44,988 nt of DNA from Planctomycetota bacterium (GCA_038212275.1 JBBQUR010000028.1:1-44988), one strand, 5' to 3'; shown: positions 1 through 9,387, numbered from the stretch's first letter. Numbers and translations are program-made. Notes: generated by a model not told the origin, from the letters alone.

Positions 1-305
1 TGACCGGCAGAAAGACGGCGCGATCCTGATTCAGGCTTTCATGCGGAACGTGGGAACCTGGCGCTCCGATGCCAAGGGAGACGTCCAAGAGGTTGGAACC
101 TCAAGGGCCAGAGTACCGAAGCGGAGCGCAGGGGCGGATCGGTTCGTAGTAGCGACGAAGTCCGGTAACTCGGATGGAGCGAAGGGGCCGACCTGTCCAG
201 CCGAGGGTTTGTGTCAACCCGCAAGGGGAGGAACGCATGCCTGAGGTGAAGCCGTTCAGTATTTCCAAGGAACTTGTTGTGCAGGCGTTCCGGCTGGTGA
301 AAGCC
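1..305 (+). mobile_element. Group II intron 5' fragment (class D/RmInt1-like), truncated at 305
   Basis: Domain I-III-like RNA signatures (gcggaacgtgggaacc; ggggcgga..cgtagtagcgacgaag..gtaa..ggagcgaagggg), then GGGGAGG RBS and an IEP N-terminus. No RT body or domain V/VI follows; the 5' end lies upstream of the window. Confidence 0.85.
237..305 (+). pseudogene. ltrA: N-terminal 23 codons of group II intron reverse transcriptase/maturase
   Basis: MPEVKPFSISKELVVQAFRLVKA matches the class D IEP start (KPFxIxKxxVxxAyxxVKANxGAAGVD). Similarity stops just before the expected NxGAAGVD. Confidence 0.85.
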
Positions 306-399
306 ACGCAGCCGCCGTCGTCTGCTCATCGTCCTGACCATGAACGCCGCCGTCTCCGAACCTGAGGGGGGCATCGTCGAAGGCGAAGCGCGGTTGGCG

Positions 400-513
400 C
401 TCCTGCGCCGCCTGCAGGCGGGCGAGAAGCTCTCGATGCCGGTGGCACGCCCCATGCCGTCGATCGGACCTCGCTGCCTGGAGTTGCGCATCCAGGACAA
501 AAGCCAGCGCTGG
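400..513 (+). pseudogene. Fragment of RelE/ParE (Gp49/HigB-like) type II toxin
   Basis: LLRRLQAGEKLSMPVARPMPSIGPRCLELRIQDKSQRW matches the central motif of this toxin family; N- and C-termini are missing. Confidence 0.75.
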
Positions 514-613
514 TACTCTGGGTATGCGAAGCGTCACACAGTCGCTCTGATCCCGATTCAAGTGAGTCAGCGCTCCTCGCGGCGCCCGCCCAGACCCTCC
601 CAGGAGCCGATCC

Positions 614-2227
614 ATGACTTCTTCACTTCGCCGTTCCGCCCGCCGCTCCCCGCTCAGCCGCGTGCTGAGCGCATCGCTTGGCGTGGCCGCTTCGTCCGGT
701 GTCTGCCTGGCGGCCGCTTTGCTCCTGCCGGCACTCGGCCTGACGAGTTGGACGAAGTTCGACCCCGACGGCAACTGGAACGTGTCGTTTCCCACAGCGA
801 CGAGCCTGCGCATGACCGAGACGGTCAGCAGCTCATCGGTGCATCCGGGCTGGGTCGTGAGCGACTTCAATCTTGCGCCCATCGTGACGATCGAGTTCGA
901 CCTGAGCGTATCGGCCGGGACCAGTGACAACGACTTCATCGGCTTCGGTTTCTCGTACCTGGACGGGAGCCATTCATGGCTCCTGGACTGGAAGAAGACC
1001 GCCGAGAGCTTCGATTGGGGTCAGCCGGTCGCGGTCAACGACGATCTCGCCGAGCAGGGCCTCAAGATCAAGCGGATCAACGGCGCGTACACGTGGGATG
1101 GATTGTGGGGCGGTCAAGACGGCCTCGGCGTGAGCACCATCGCCGGGCCCACGGGCGGAGGTTGGCTTGCGGGCACCGTATATCACTTCGTGATGCACCT
1201 CTCGCCCGGCCACATCTGCATCATGCGCGATGGCGTCGCGCTCTTTGATCTGCTCGATCCTTCGTATCCGGGCGGTGTGGGCGCGATCGCCAGCTACGGG
1301 TTCAGCCAGGACAACATTGACCTGGCGCAGGTCCGCATCACACCCGCGCCGTGGATCAACCTCGGTCTCGGCAAGGCCGGAAGCACCGGAGTGCCGCAAC
1401 TGTCAGGCAGCGGTACGTTGAGCGACAACTCGCTCAACGTGCTCTCGCTGGTGAACGCCGCGTCGTCGGCGCCGGCGACGCTGGTCTTCGGCTTGTCCGC
1501 GATCAACGCGCCCTTCAAGGGCGGCACCCTTGTGCCGTATCCCCTCCTGGTGTTTCCGCTGGGAACCAACGCCCTTGGCGCCGCGAGCCTGCCCTTCACG
1601 TGGCCAGCCGCCGTTCCGGCGGGAGTCTCCATTTATTTCCAGTACTGGATCCAGGATGCCGCTGCGACCTTCGGCTACTCGGCCAGCAACGGCCTGGAGG
1701 GCGTGACGTCCGGATCAATCGCCAGTTCCCAGACGAACCTGCTGGTCAACGGTGACGCTGAAACCGGCGACCTCACCGGCTGGACCGATGCCCTCGGCCA
1801 CGGCTTCACCGTCACGTCAACGCTGCCGTATGTCAACTCGGGAACGTTCAGCTTTACCCCGGGGCTGTTCGGTCCATCGGGAGCCTGGAACCACGAGTTG
1901 TTCCAGACCGTTGACGTCTCAGGCATGTCCGCGGCCATTGACGCTGGCATGGTGACGAGCGTGTTCCTGGGTGCCGGCCGCAGCAACTCGATACCGGGCG
2001 CCGTCGATGCGGGAAGCGTCGTACTCGAGTTCCGGAGCATGAGCGGCGCCGTGCTCCAGAGCTACGCAAGCGGGACGATCGCCCCGTACGACACCTGGCG
2101 CCCGCTGTGCGACACGCGCCTGATGCCTGTCGGCACGCGCACGCTGCGGTTGCGCCTGCTCGGAACGCGAACCGTCGGGCTGTCAACCGATTGCTTCTTC
2201 GACGACCTGATCCTCAAGGCGTACTGA
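614..2227 (+). CDS. Secreted protein: thrombospondin C-terminal (TSP_C)-like lectin domain + shared PFKGG module (1352-1708) + C-terminal galactose-binding/FBA-like domain
   Basis: AGGAG RBS and signal-like N-terminus. DNDFIGFGFSY..WLLDWKK and YGFSQ resemble TSP_C; NLLVNGDAETGDLTGW...FFDDL resembles a CBM-like jelly roll. Confidence 0.8.
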   Translation: MTSSLRRSARRSPLSRVLSASLGVAASSGVCLAAALLLPALGLTSWTKFDPDGNWNVSFPTATSLRMTETVSSSSVHPGWVVSDFNLAPIVTIEFDLSVSAGTSDNDFIGFGFSYLDGSHSWLLDWKKTAESFDWGQPVAVNDDLAEQGLKIKRINGAYTWDGLWGGQDGLGVSTIAGPTGGGWLAGTVYHFVMHLSPGHICIMRDGVALFDLLDPSYPGGVGAIASYGFSQDNIDLAQVRITPAPWINLGLGKAGSTGVPQLSGSGTLSDNSLNVLSLVNAASSAPATLVFGLSAINAPFKGGTLVPYPLLVFPLGTNALGAASLPFTWPAAVPAGVSIYFQYWIQDAAATFGYSASNGLEGVTSGSIASSQTNLLVNGDAETGDLTGWTDALGHGFTVTSTLPYVNSGTFSFTPGLFGPSGAWNHELFQTVDVSGMSAAIDAGMVTSVFLGAGRSNSIPGAVDAGSVVLEFRSMSGAVLQSYASGTIAPYDTWRPLCDTRLMPVGTRTLRLRLLGTRTVGLSTDCFFDDLILKAY

Positions 2228-2228
2228 G

Positions 2229-2381
2229 GTGGCAACGCGGCGCTCGTTCAGCTTGCACCTGCCGTTGAATCCAGCCGCTGCCGGCCTATCGATCGTGGCC
2301 TCGCTGATCGTCTTCGGGGCGGGCGAGCCCGACGGCATCCACGCGGTGTCGCCGGCGCTTTCGCTGACGCTGGAGAATTGA
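2229..2381 (+). pseudogene. Orphan 3' remnant of a secreted-protein C-terminal module
   Basis: The frame reads SFSLHLPLNPAAAGLSIVASLIVFGAGEPDGIHAVSPALSLTLEN*, with the same layout as the ends of neighbouring secreted proteins, but has no N-terminal part. Confidence 0.45.
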
Positions 2382-2455
2382 TCGCGAAGCTCGGTGTCGG
2401 CCGCCGGGCCCGGATTGCGTAATGAAATGTGGTGGCTGCGTGCCTCGTGCATGCC
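2380..2455 (+). promoter_or_regulatory. Conserved 76-bp upstream element, copy 1 (TGTCGG-N17-CGT at 2395-2420)
   Basis: 67/76 identical to 16601-16676; both copies lie ~50 bp upstream of a secreted-protein start codon. Confidence 0.7.
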
Positions 2456-2502
2456 GGCAGCCGCGCGGCATCACGTTCCCCGCCGCACTCCGGAGATGTC
2501 CC

Positions 2503-3786
2503 ATGCTTCGCTCGGCTCGTGCGCTCTGGCTTCCCGGCCGGTTCGGGCGCCATGCGGGCGGTGGCGCCGTGACCGGGCGGTCGCGCCGCCGTGAGCGGCC
2601 CTGGCGAGCGCCTTGGCGAGCATGGCTCGTCGCGCTGGTGGTCGCGGCGCCGACCCTGCGCGCGCAGGACCTGCTCGTCGCCAGCCGCTTCACCGACGAG
2701 GTGCTGCGCTTCGATGCAGCCGGCAACTTCACCGGCGTCGCGGCGACGGGCGGCGGGCTCGACAATCCCGTGGGCATCACGCTGGGTCCGGACGGCATGC
2801 TCTACGTGGCGAGCGGCGAGACGGGCCAGGTGCTGCGCTACGACCCGGCGACCGGCGCGAGCCTCGGCGTCTTCGCGTCGGGCGGCGGCCTGTCGGGCCT
2901 GCGGCAGCTGCAGTTCGCGCCCGACGGCGCGCTGTGGGTCACCAGCGCGAACACGAACCAGGTGCTGCGCTACGACGGGCAGAGCGGCGCGTTCAGCGGG
3001 CTGGCCGCGACTTCGGCGGACCTGCAGGGGCCGAACGGCATCACCTTCGGTCCCGACGGCAACCTCTACGTCTGCAGCGTGCTCAACAACCGCATCCTGC
3101 GCTACGACGGTCACACGGGTGCCTACCTTGGCGTGTTCATCACGGCCAACAAACTCAATGGGCCGCACGACCTCGCCTTCGGGCCGGACGGCCGGCTCTA
3201 CGTGACCAACGCCTTCGCGTCGCTCAACAAGGTGGTGCGCTACGACGCGAGCACCGGCGCGTTCCTCGACGCCTTCGTGAAGGACGCGGCTCTCTCGGCG
3301 CCGCTGGGGCTGTGCTTCGACCTCGACGGCTCGCTCCTGGTGGCGAACCAGGGCGCCGACGACGTCCGTCGCTACGATGGCAAGACCGGCCAGCTGCTCG
3401 GCGTGGTCGTACCACCGATGTCCGGCGGCCTCGATGGCCCGCTGTACATCCTGCTCGCGCGCACCGTCGCGGCGATCACGCAGGACGCGCCGACGCCCGC
3501 GGGCGTCGGCCACGACGCGGTGTTCGCACTGCAGGGCGCGCGGCCCGGCGCCTTCGCGGCGCTGCTCGCCGGCAGCACTCCCGGCAGCGTGCCGATCCCG
3601 GCCTGCCCCGGCCTCGTGCTCGGCATGCTCGACCCGATCATCCTGCGCCTCGCGCCGTGCGACGAGTCGGGAAACCTCGTGCTGCGGCTCTTCGTGCCCG
3701 CGGCCGTGCAGGGTGTCACGTTCCAGCTGCAGGCTGTTGATGCCGGAAACTGCACCGGCAGCGTCACGCTGTCGCATGCCTTCTGA
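2503..3786 (+). CDS. Secreted NHL/Vgb-like beta-propeller protein with a divergent C-terminal module
   Basis: GGAG RBS before ATG 2503; hydrophobic leader ending ...TLRA-QD; six repeats of type LxxPxGITFGPDGxLYV...VLRYDxxTG. Confidence 0.85.
   Translation: MLRSARALWLPGRFGRHAGGGAVTGRSRRRERPWRAPWRAWLVALVVAAPTLRAQDLLVASRFTDEVLRFDAAGNFTGVAATGGGLDNPVGITLGPDGMLYVASGETGQVLRYDPATGASLGVFASGGGLSGLRQLQFAPDGALWVTSANTNQVLRYDGQSGAFSGLAATSADLQGPNGITFGPDGNLYVCSVLNNRILRYDGHTGAYLGVFITANKLNGPHDLAFGPDGRLYVTNAFASLNKVVRYDASTGAFLDAFVKDAALSAPLGLCFDLDGSLLVANQGADDVRRYDGKTGQLLGVVVPPMSGGLDGPLYILLARTVAAITQDAPTPAGVGHDAVFALQGARPGAFAALLAGSTPGSVPIPACPGLVLGMLDPIILRLAPCDESGNLVLRLFVPAAVQGVTFQLQAVDAGNCTGSVTLSHAF
3642..3690 (+). 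repeat. 49-bp direct repeat, copy 1 (inside the NHL gene 3' end)
   Basis: 46/49 identical to 5362-5410. Confidence 0.9.
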
Positions 3787-3798
3787 TCGCATCGCCCG

Positions 3799-5358
3799 AT
3801 GACACGAATTCCCACGCGACGGCAACGAGCGGTGCTCCTGAGCCTTGGTTGCCTTCTCGGAACCACATGCTTCAGTGCGCCCCTCCGTGCCCAGGTCGGC
3901 GCGCCGCGCGAGGTGCGCCCCGAGCACGACCTTCTCAGTTATGAGGTCGTGGTCACACTCCCCGGCATGGACAAGGTGCGCGTCGTCCGGGACGTCACCT
4001 ACAAGAGCGCCGATGGCCTCGCGCTCCAGATGGATGTCACCTATCCGGCTGATGCCCCGGCCGGGTCGCGCGCCCGGCCCGTGGTCGTCTTCGTCAACGG
4101 CGTCGGGGACCGGCCCAACGCGAAGAAGCTCCGCACGTGGGGCCAGTACACCTCATGGCCCAGGCTTGTCGCGGCATCCGGCTTCATCGGCGTCAGCTTC
4201 GACGCTCGTGGCGGAGACGAGGATCAGCTCGCCGAAGACGTGCGCGATGCCTTTGCCTTCGTGCGCGACAAGGGCCCGGGCATGGGGATGGACGTGTCAC
4301 GCATGGCCGCATGGGCGTGCTCGGCCAACGTGCGCGCCGCCGTCGCGCTGCTGATGCAACCCGGCGCCCCGCTCGTGACATCCGCGGTCTTCTACTACGG
4401 CCACGGCGACGTCCCGTCCGTGCGGAGCGACCTTCCCGTGCTGCTCGTGCGTGCCGGCAAGGACCGGCCGCAACAGAATGAAGGGATCGACCGCCTTGCC
4501 GCACAGGCCGCGGCCGCGAACGCGCCGTGGACGGTCGTCAATCTGCCCGGAGCGCACCACGCCTTCGATGTCCTGGACGAAACCGACGAGGCCCGCTCGG
4601 CCGTGCGCCGGACGGTCGCGTTCCTGCACGACACGCTCGATCCGCCGCCCGCCCCGACCCACGCACCGCACGACGCTCTCGCCGCACTGGCGCATTCTTT
4701 CGCGGGCGAGTGGGCCGAGGCCGAGACGGCCTATGCCTCCTACGTCGTCAAGCACCCCGACGACGCGGACGCCTGGACGCAGCTCGGCACCGCGCAGGTC
4801 GAACTGAAGAAGTCCGCTGAAGCGTCCGCGAGTCTCCACCACGCGATCGAGCTCGATCCGCGCGTGGGGGAGGCGTGGTCGATGCTCGGCAAGCTCGCGG
4901 TGGAAGAGACCGACTACGACGAGGCGGTGCGCGACTTGAACAAGGCGGTCGAGCTCATGCCGGAAGACGGCGAGTCTCGCTACCAGCTTGGTCGCGCACA
5001 GCTCGCGCAGCACCGCGCTTCGGAGGCGATCGCTACCCTCGAACGCGCCGTCGAGCTGGCCCCCGGGAATGGCTGGGCGTGGAACAGCCTGGCCTATGCC
5101 TATCTCGAGACGAAGCAGCCGGCGAAGGCTGCGGCAAGCTTTGAGCGGGTGCTCCCGTACGCGCCGAAAGACTCGATCCTGCTCTACAACACCGCCTGCG
5201 CCTACGCACTCGCGGGGAGCACCGACAAGGCGATCGAGATGCTCGATCGTGCGATCACCGAAGGCTTCGACGACAAGGCGGGGATCGCGGCCGATCCGGA
5301 TCTCGCCGCGATTCGCGCGGACCCGCGTTTCCAGAAGCTCGTCAAGCGGCTGGGCTGA
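3799..5358 (+). CDS. Secreted alpha/beta-hydrolase-fold protein with C-terminal TPR array
   Basis: Signal peptide; PVVVFVNG, WACSANV nucleophile elbow, AGKD, HHAFD; several TPRs ending in LYNxACAYAL...DPDLxxIRxDPRF. Confidence 0.85.
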   Translation: MTRIPTRRQRAVLLSLGCLLGTTCFSAPLRAQVGAPREVRPEHDLLSYEVVVTLPGMDKVRVVRDVTYKSADGLALQMDVTYPADAPAGSRARPVVVFVNGVGDRPNAKKLRTWGQYTSWPRLVAASGFIGVSFDARGGDEDQLAEDVRDAFAFVRDKGPGMGMDVSRMAAWACSANVRAAVALLMQPGAPLVTSAVFYYGHGDVPSVRSDLPVLLVRAGKDRPQQNEGIDRLAAQAAAANAPWTVVNLPGAHHAFDVLDETDEARSAVRRTVAFLHDTLDPPPAPTHAPHDALAALAHSFAGEWAEAETAYASYVVKHPDDADAWTQLGTAQVELKKSAEASASLHHAIELDPRVGEAWSMLGKLAVEETDYDEAVRDLNKAVELMPEDGESRYQLGRAQLAQHRASEAIATLERAVELAPGNGWAWNSLAYAYLETKQPAKAAASFERVLPYAPKDSILLYNTACAYALAGSTDKAIEMLDRAITEGFDDKAGIAADPDLAAIRADPRFQKLVKRLG

Positions 5359-5361
5359 CGA

Positions 5362-5410
5362 CCTGCGCCTCGCGTCGTGCGACGAGTCGGAAAACCTGGT
5401 GCTGCGGCTC
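5362..5410 (+). repeat. 49-bp direct repeat, copy 2 (non-coding, just after the TPR-hydrolase stop)
   Basis: 46/49 identical to 3642-3690. Confidence 0.9.
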
Positions 5411-5932
5411 GATGTCGCCCGGGATTGTCGGTCGAGCGCATGTCCGCGTGGATCTCATTTCATGAATCACGGATTCCAACCGCTGAACCCGACACGATTC
5501 CTTCGTGCGCGAAATCATTTTCTCGATCATCAGGCAACTCGCTGCGGCGACACGGGCATTCTGCGGTGATCCTGTGAGTGGCTCGGCAGCTCGCCACAGC
5601 GAGAATGTCACCGACGAAAGTAAATTATCCCCTGTGTGCTTCGACGTGCGCCTTCGTGTTGCGCGGCACCGACGCGTTCTGGCGAAAAGTCTCGTCCAGA
5701 ATCCGGGCTCCGTGTCTGGATTGGCGACATGAAATCACACGGACCACACAGCCGGAGGGAGGCCGATCTGTTCACGCTGTCGATGCGCACGGGGACGGTA
5801 CGGAAGCGCACTGGTGCCGTGGCCATGCCATGCGCTGTGAGTCGGCACGGCGATTGCGAATCGAGCCCTCTGTCGATCGCCGATCGACTTCATCCTCCAT
5901 GCATTCACATGCACTCACGAAAGGTCTCCTCC

Positions 5933-8620
5933 ATGAAGCTTTGCACCTTCGCATGTCTCTGGGTCCTGCTCGCGCAGATCGATGCTGCCGGCGCCCAGCA
6001 CTCGCCGCTCTCATCGCCGCAGCGCGCCTATGAAACCGGCGCCGGTGCGATGCTTCCGAACACGCCCTACCGTCCGAACGAGCACGCGCTCGCGGACCTC
6101 GACGGCGACGGAACGCTCGACGTCGCCTGTGCGCAGATCGGGAACTTCCTGACGCCGCAGGTGTCGGTGGCATTCAACGACGGCGACGGAAACTTCGGCG
6201 CACCGCTGTTCCTGGCGGCGCCGGGCGAGACGGCGGCCGTCTGCGCCGCGGACCTCGACGGCGACGGCGACGTGGACCTCGCCTTCACGCAGTCGTCCGA
6301 GGGCGGGCAGTCCGGGCAGAGCGTCGTGCTGTACCGCAACCAGGGCGCGGGCACGTTCGACGCGCCCGTGAGCATCCCGTGCGGCAAGGGCCCGACCGCG
6401 ATTCGCGCCGTGGACTTCGACCTCGACGGCGACCTCGACCTGCTCACCGTGAACAGGAAGCTCGGCGAGAGCGATGTCTCGCTGCTGAGCAACGACGGCA
6501 CGGCGCACTTCACGCGCACCGACTTCCCCGTCGGCCCGGAGCCCTACCGGATGGTGGTGGGAGACCTGAACGGCGACGGTCGGCCCGATGTCGTGACGAC
6601 GCACGTCGGCCCGGCACCGCCCGCCGTGACCGTGTCGTTCAACACGGGCAGCGGCCTGTCCGCGCCGGTCGGACTGCTCACGGGCGCGGCGCAGCTCGCG
6701 CAGCCCGGCCCGATTCCTGCGCCCGCCATCGGCGACGTGGACAACGACGGCGACCTCGACGTGATGTATGGCTATGCACCGTCCGCCGGGAACGCGCTGG
6801 CGCTCTGGAAGAACGCCGGCAACGGTACGTTCGCCGCCGTCAGCGCGATCGAGAGCGCCTCCAACGCCGCGACGCCGTGGTCGATGGAGCTGGTGGACGT
6901 CACGAACGACGGCGTGCTGGACCTCGTGACGTGCGGCGGCCAGGCGCTGTCGTGGTGGGGTTTCCATCGCGGCCTCGGAGGCGGAGCCTTCGCCCTGCCG
7001 GAGACCTTCGCGTCGGGCGAATACTCGCGCTGGATCACCGCCGCCGACATCGATGCCGACGGTGACCGCGACGTCGTCATCACCAACCACGGCCTGATGA
7101 CCGTGCAGGTGCACCGCAATGATGCCGGCACCTTCCCGGCCTTCGACCACCTCGACGCCGTGGACTCCTACCGCTGCCAGATCGCGGACGTGGACGGCGA
7201 CGGCGACCTCGACATCGTCGCGCTGGCGGTCAGCATCTACACCTACATCAATGACGGAAACGGCTCGTTCACGCGCCTGTCGTACTTCGGTGGCCCCGGC
7301 CGCTTCCGCAACTTCCTGCTGCGCGACCTCGACGGCGACGGCCGCCCGGAGATGCTGAAGGTGAAGGATCCGTCGTCCGCTCCGTATCACTTCTACACCA
7401 ACAAGAACCTGGGCGCGGGCACGTGGGGACCCAACCAGCAATGGACGCTGCCTGCCTCCTGCGGCGTGTATCACTTCACCGCGCTGGACTTCGACAACGA
7501 CGGCGACCTCGACGTCGCGTGCAACGAGAGCGGCGGCTGCCCGAGCAAGCCGGCCAATCAGATCTACCTGCTCGCGAATCAGGGCGACGGCACGTTCGGA
7601 GCCGCGACCACGATCAACAAGGTCCAGTGGGGCATCAGCGACATCGACAGCGCCGACCTCGACGGCGACGGCAACGCAGACCTCGTGGGCGTGGGCAGCA
7701 CGCAGTTCAACGGCGCTCCGGCGCCCACCAGCGGCTACGTCGTGCTGCACGGAAACGGGAACGGCACCTTCGGGACGCCGGTCTCACATCCCCTGGATCC
7801 CTTCATCCTCACCATCACCGTGCGCGCCGTGGACATGAATGCTGACGGCGCGGTCGATCTCATCGGCGCGGGCCTCGGCACATGGGGATCGACCGACCAG
7901 GTCGTGGTCATGTTGAACGACCTCGCCGGCGGCTTCATTCCGTTCAGCGCGCAGCCGGCGCCCAAGTCGCTCTCCTACAACGGCACCAACGGCATCGCCT
8001 TCGGCGACTTCTCGCACGACGGCCTGCCGGACGTGGTGGTCGGCGGCGGCGAGGACGCGGTGCTCTACATCAATGATGGCGAAGGTCGTCTGCTGCCCGG
8101 CCTGCGCCACGGGATCGGCGGTCAGGCGCTGTGGGTCGCCACCGGCGATCTCAACGCCGACGGACTGCTCGACGTGGCCGCGATCGCGCTGCGCATGCCG
8201 GTCATCACGCTGAGCGAACAGGTCTCCGTGCTCTTCGGCCAGCCCGTGCCGGCGTGGACCGACGCGGGCTCCGCGCTGGCGGGCGCGATCGGCACGCCAC
8301 TGCTCAAGGGCGCCGGCACGCTGGCGGTCGGCAGCGCCTGCGCCGTGACGCTTTCGCACGCCGCAGGCTCCGCGCCGGCAGGATTGTTCGTGGCCCTGGC
8401 CAGCACACCGGTGCCGTTCAAGGGCGGCACGCTGCTGCCGTTCCCGATGCTGCTGACTCTCGTCGCCAGCACGAGTCCCGCGGGCGGCATCGCGCTGCCC
8501 TTCACGATGCCCGCCGGCTTCCCCGCCGGCACCACGCTCTGGTTGCAGTGGGCGATCCAGGATGCGGGCGCCGTGCAGGGCGCCGCGCTGTCGAACGCGA
8601 TCAGCGGCCTCGTGCCGTAG
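5933..8620 (+). CDS. Secreted FG-GAP/VCBS-repeat protein with C-terminal PFKGG module (8255-8620)
   Basis: AAAGG RBS and signal peptide MKLCTFACLWVLLA; more than ten D[LFV]DGDGD.D repeats. The upstream ORF extension to 5636 is probably spurious. Confidence 0.9.
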   Translation: MKLCTFACLWVLLAQIDAAGAQHSPLSSPQRAYETGAGAMLPNTPYRPNEHALADLDGDGTLDVACAQIGNFLTPQVSVAFNDGDGNFGAPLFLAAPGETAAVCAADLDGDGDVDLAFTQSSEGGQSGQSVVLYRNQGAGTFDAPVSIPCGKGPTAIRAVDFDLDGDLDLLTVNRKLGESDVSLLSNDGTAHFTRTDFPVGPEPYRMVVGDLNGDGRPDVVTTHVGPAPPAVTVSFNTGSGLSAPVGLLTGAAQLAQPGPIPAPAIGDVDNDGDLDVMYGYAPSAGNALALWKNAGNGTFAAVSAIESASNAATPWSMELVDVTNDGVLDLVTCGGQALSWWGFHRGLGGGAFALPETFASGEYSRWITAADIDADGDRDVVITNHGLMTVQVHRNDAGTFPAFDHLDAVDSYRCQIADVDGDGDLDIVALAVSIYTYINDGNGSFTRLSYFGGPGRFRNFLLRDLDGDGRPEMLKVKDPSSAPYHFYTNKNLGAGTWGPNQQWTLPASCGVYHFTALDFDNDGDLDVACNESGGCPSKPANQIYLLANQGDGTFGAATTINKVQWGISDIDSADLDGDGNADLVGVGSTQFNGAPAPTSGYVVLHGNGNGTFGTPVSHPLDPFILTITVRAVDMNADGAVDLIGAGLGTWGSTDQVVVMLNDLAGGFIPFSAQPAPKSLSYNGTNGIAFGDFSHDGLPDVVVGGGEDAVLYINDGEGRLLPGLRHGIGGQALWVATGDLNADGLLDVAAIALRMPVITLSEQVSVLFGQPVPAWTDAGSALAGAIGTPLLKGAGTLAVGSACAVTLSHAAGSAPAGLFVALASTPVPFKGGTLLPFPMLLTLVASTSPAGGIALPFTMPAGFPAGTTLWLQWAIQDAGAVQGAALSNAISGLVP

Positions 8621-8699
8621 CGCCGAAGTCGCGGCGAGAGCAGATGTCCCGGCGACCACGACGGGCAGCCTGCCGGTAGGCGAGTCCGCGGACTCCGAC

Positions 8700-8740
8700 C
8701 ATCACCCGGTGCGAGCGACTGGCGCTCGCACCGGGTGGTG
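8700..8740. repeat. GC-rich inverted repeat (15-bp perfect stem, 5-nt loop); possible terminator or REP-like element
   Basis: cacccggtgcgagcg-actgg-cgctcgcaccgggtg at 8703-8737; no U-tract. Confidence 0.6.
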
Positions 8741-8804
8741 CTGCCTGCACCTTCACGTGCTGATGCCGGCATGCGCCGGTGCCGGGCGTTCGGCTGGGGA
8801 TGGC

Positions 8805-8830
8805 TGTCGGCCGGCGAGCCCGGATTGCGA
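8805..8830 (+). promoter_or_regulatory. Degenerate copy of the upstream element (TGTCGG-N17-CGA)
   Basis: tgtcggccggcgagcccggattgcga aligns with 16616-16641 and precedes the decayed copy of the 16727 gene. Confidence 0.6.
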
Positions 8831-8920
8831 GATGGGGGCTGGCGGCCTTGTGGACCTGCTGATGCCGGGATTGCCGATCGACGCCGCGGGCGCGCAGACG
8901 CCGGGCGGCGCGTGGCGACA

Positions 8921-9233
8921 GGCCAAGCCGTCCACGCACTCTCCGGAGCCGCGCAGTCGCTGGACGGCACGGCCGTCACGCTGTCGGTGCCCTCACCGGT
9001 GAGCGAGCAGCCACTGCTCACGGTCACGTTGAGCGAGCCGCCCGGTGCGCCGGTCATGCTCATCGCGTCGCCGCGCTCCGGCATGCTCACGATCGGCGCG
9101 GTGAGCGGGCCGCTGCTCACCGGCGTGCAGGCCCTTTCCTGGACGCTGCAGGTGATCACCGTCGAAGGCGGCCAGCGCATCGCCGGCCCCGCGACCTCGC
9201 TGCTGCTGCTGCTGGACGCGGCGCTCTCGTCCG
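8921..9233 (+). pseudogene. Decayed duplicate of the 3' end of CDS 16727-18016
   Basis: Aligns with 17624-18020, with an 87-bp in-frame deletion between cgtgc microhomologies and the TAG stop changed to TCG. Confidence 0.9.
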
Positions 9234-9289
9234 AGCCCCTGCTGATCCGCGCCTCGTCACGCACTCCGCGCCGCGAGTCGCGTGGAGGT

Positions 9290-9315
9290 TGTCGGGTTTC
9301 GGGCCCGGACTCCGT
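9290..9315 (+). promoter_or_regulatory. Fourth TGTCGG-N17-CGT motif
   Basis: tgtcgggtttcgggcccggactccgt has the same spacing and shared gcccgga core; it precedes an FG-GAP remnant. Confidence 0.5.
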
Positions 9316-9387
9316 ATGTGGTCACTGGACGCCGCTCCACCGACGGACTCCGGTGACGCCGCTGTTCTGAATCCTCAGCGCAGGGCT

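Noticed and set aside
5411..5932. ncRNA or riboswitch in the long, AT-richer intergenic region
   Set aside because: No recognisable conserved structure; would need an Rfam/Infernal search.
1..9233. Diversity-generating retroelement (RT remnant plus duplicated 3' gene ends)
   Set aside because: The RT is a 23-codon group II intron stub, and differences between duplicates are not confined to adenines.
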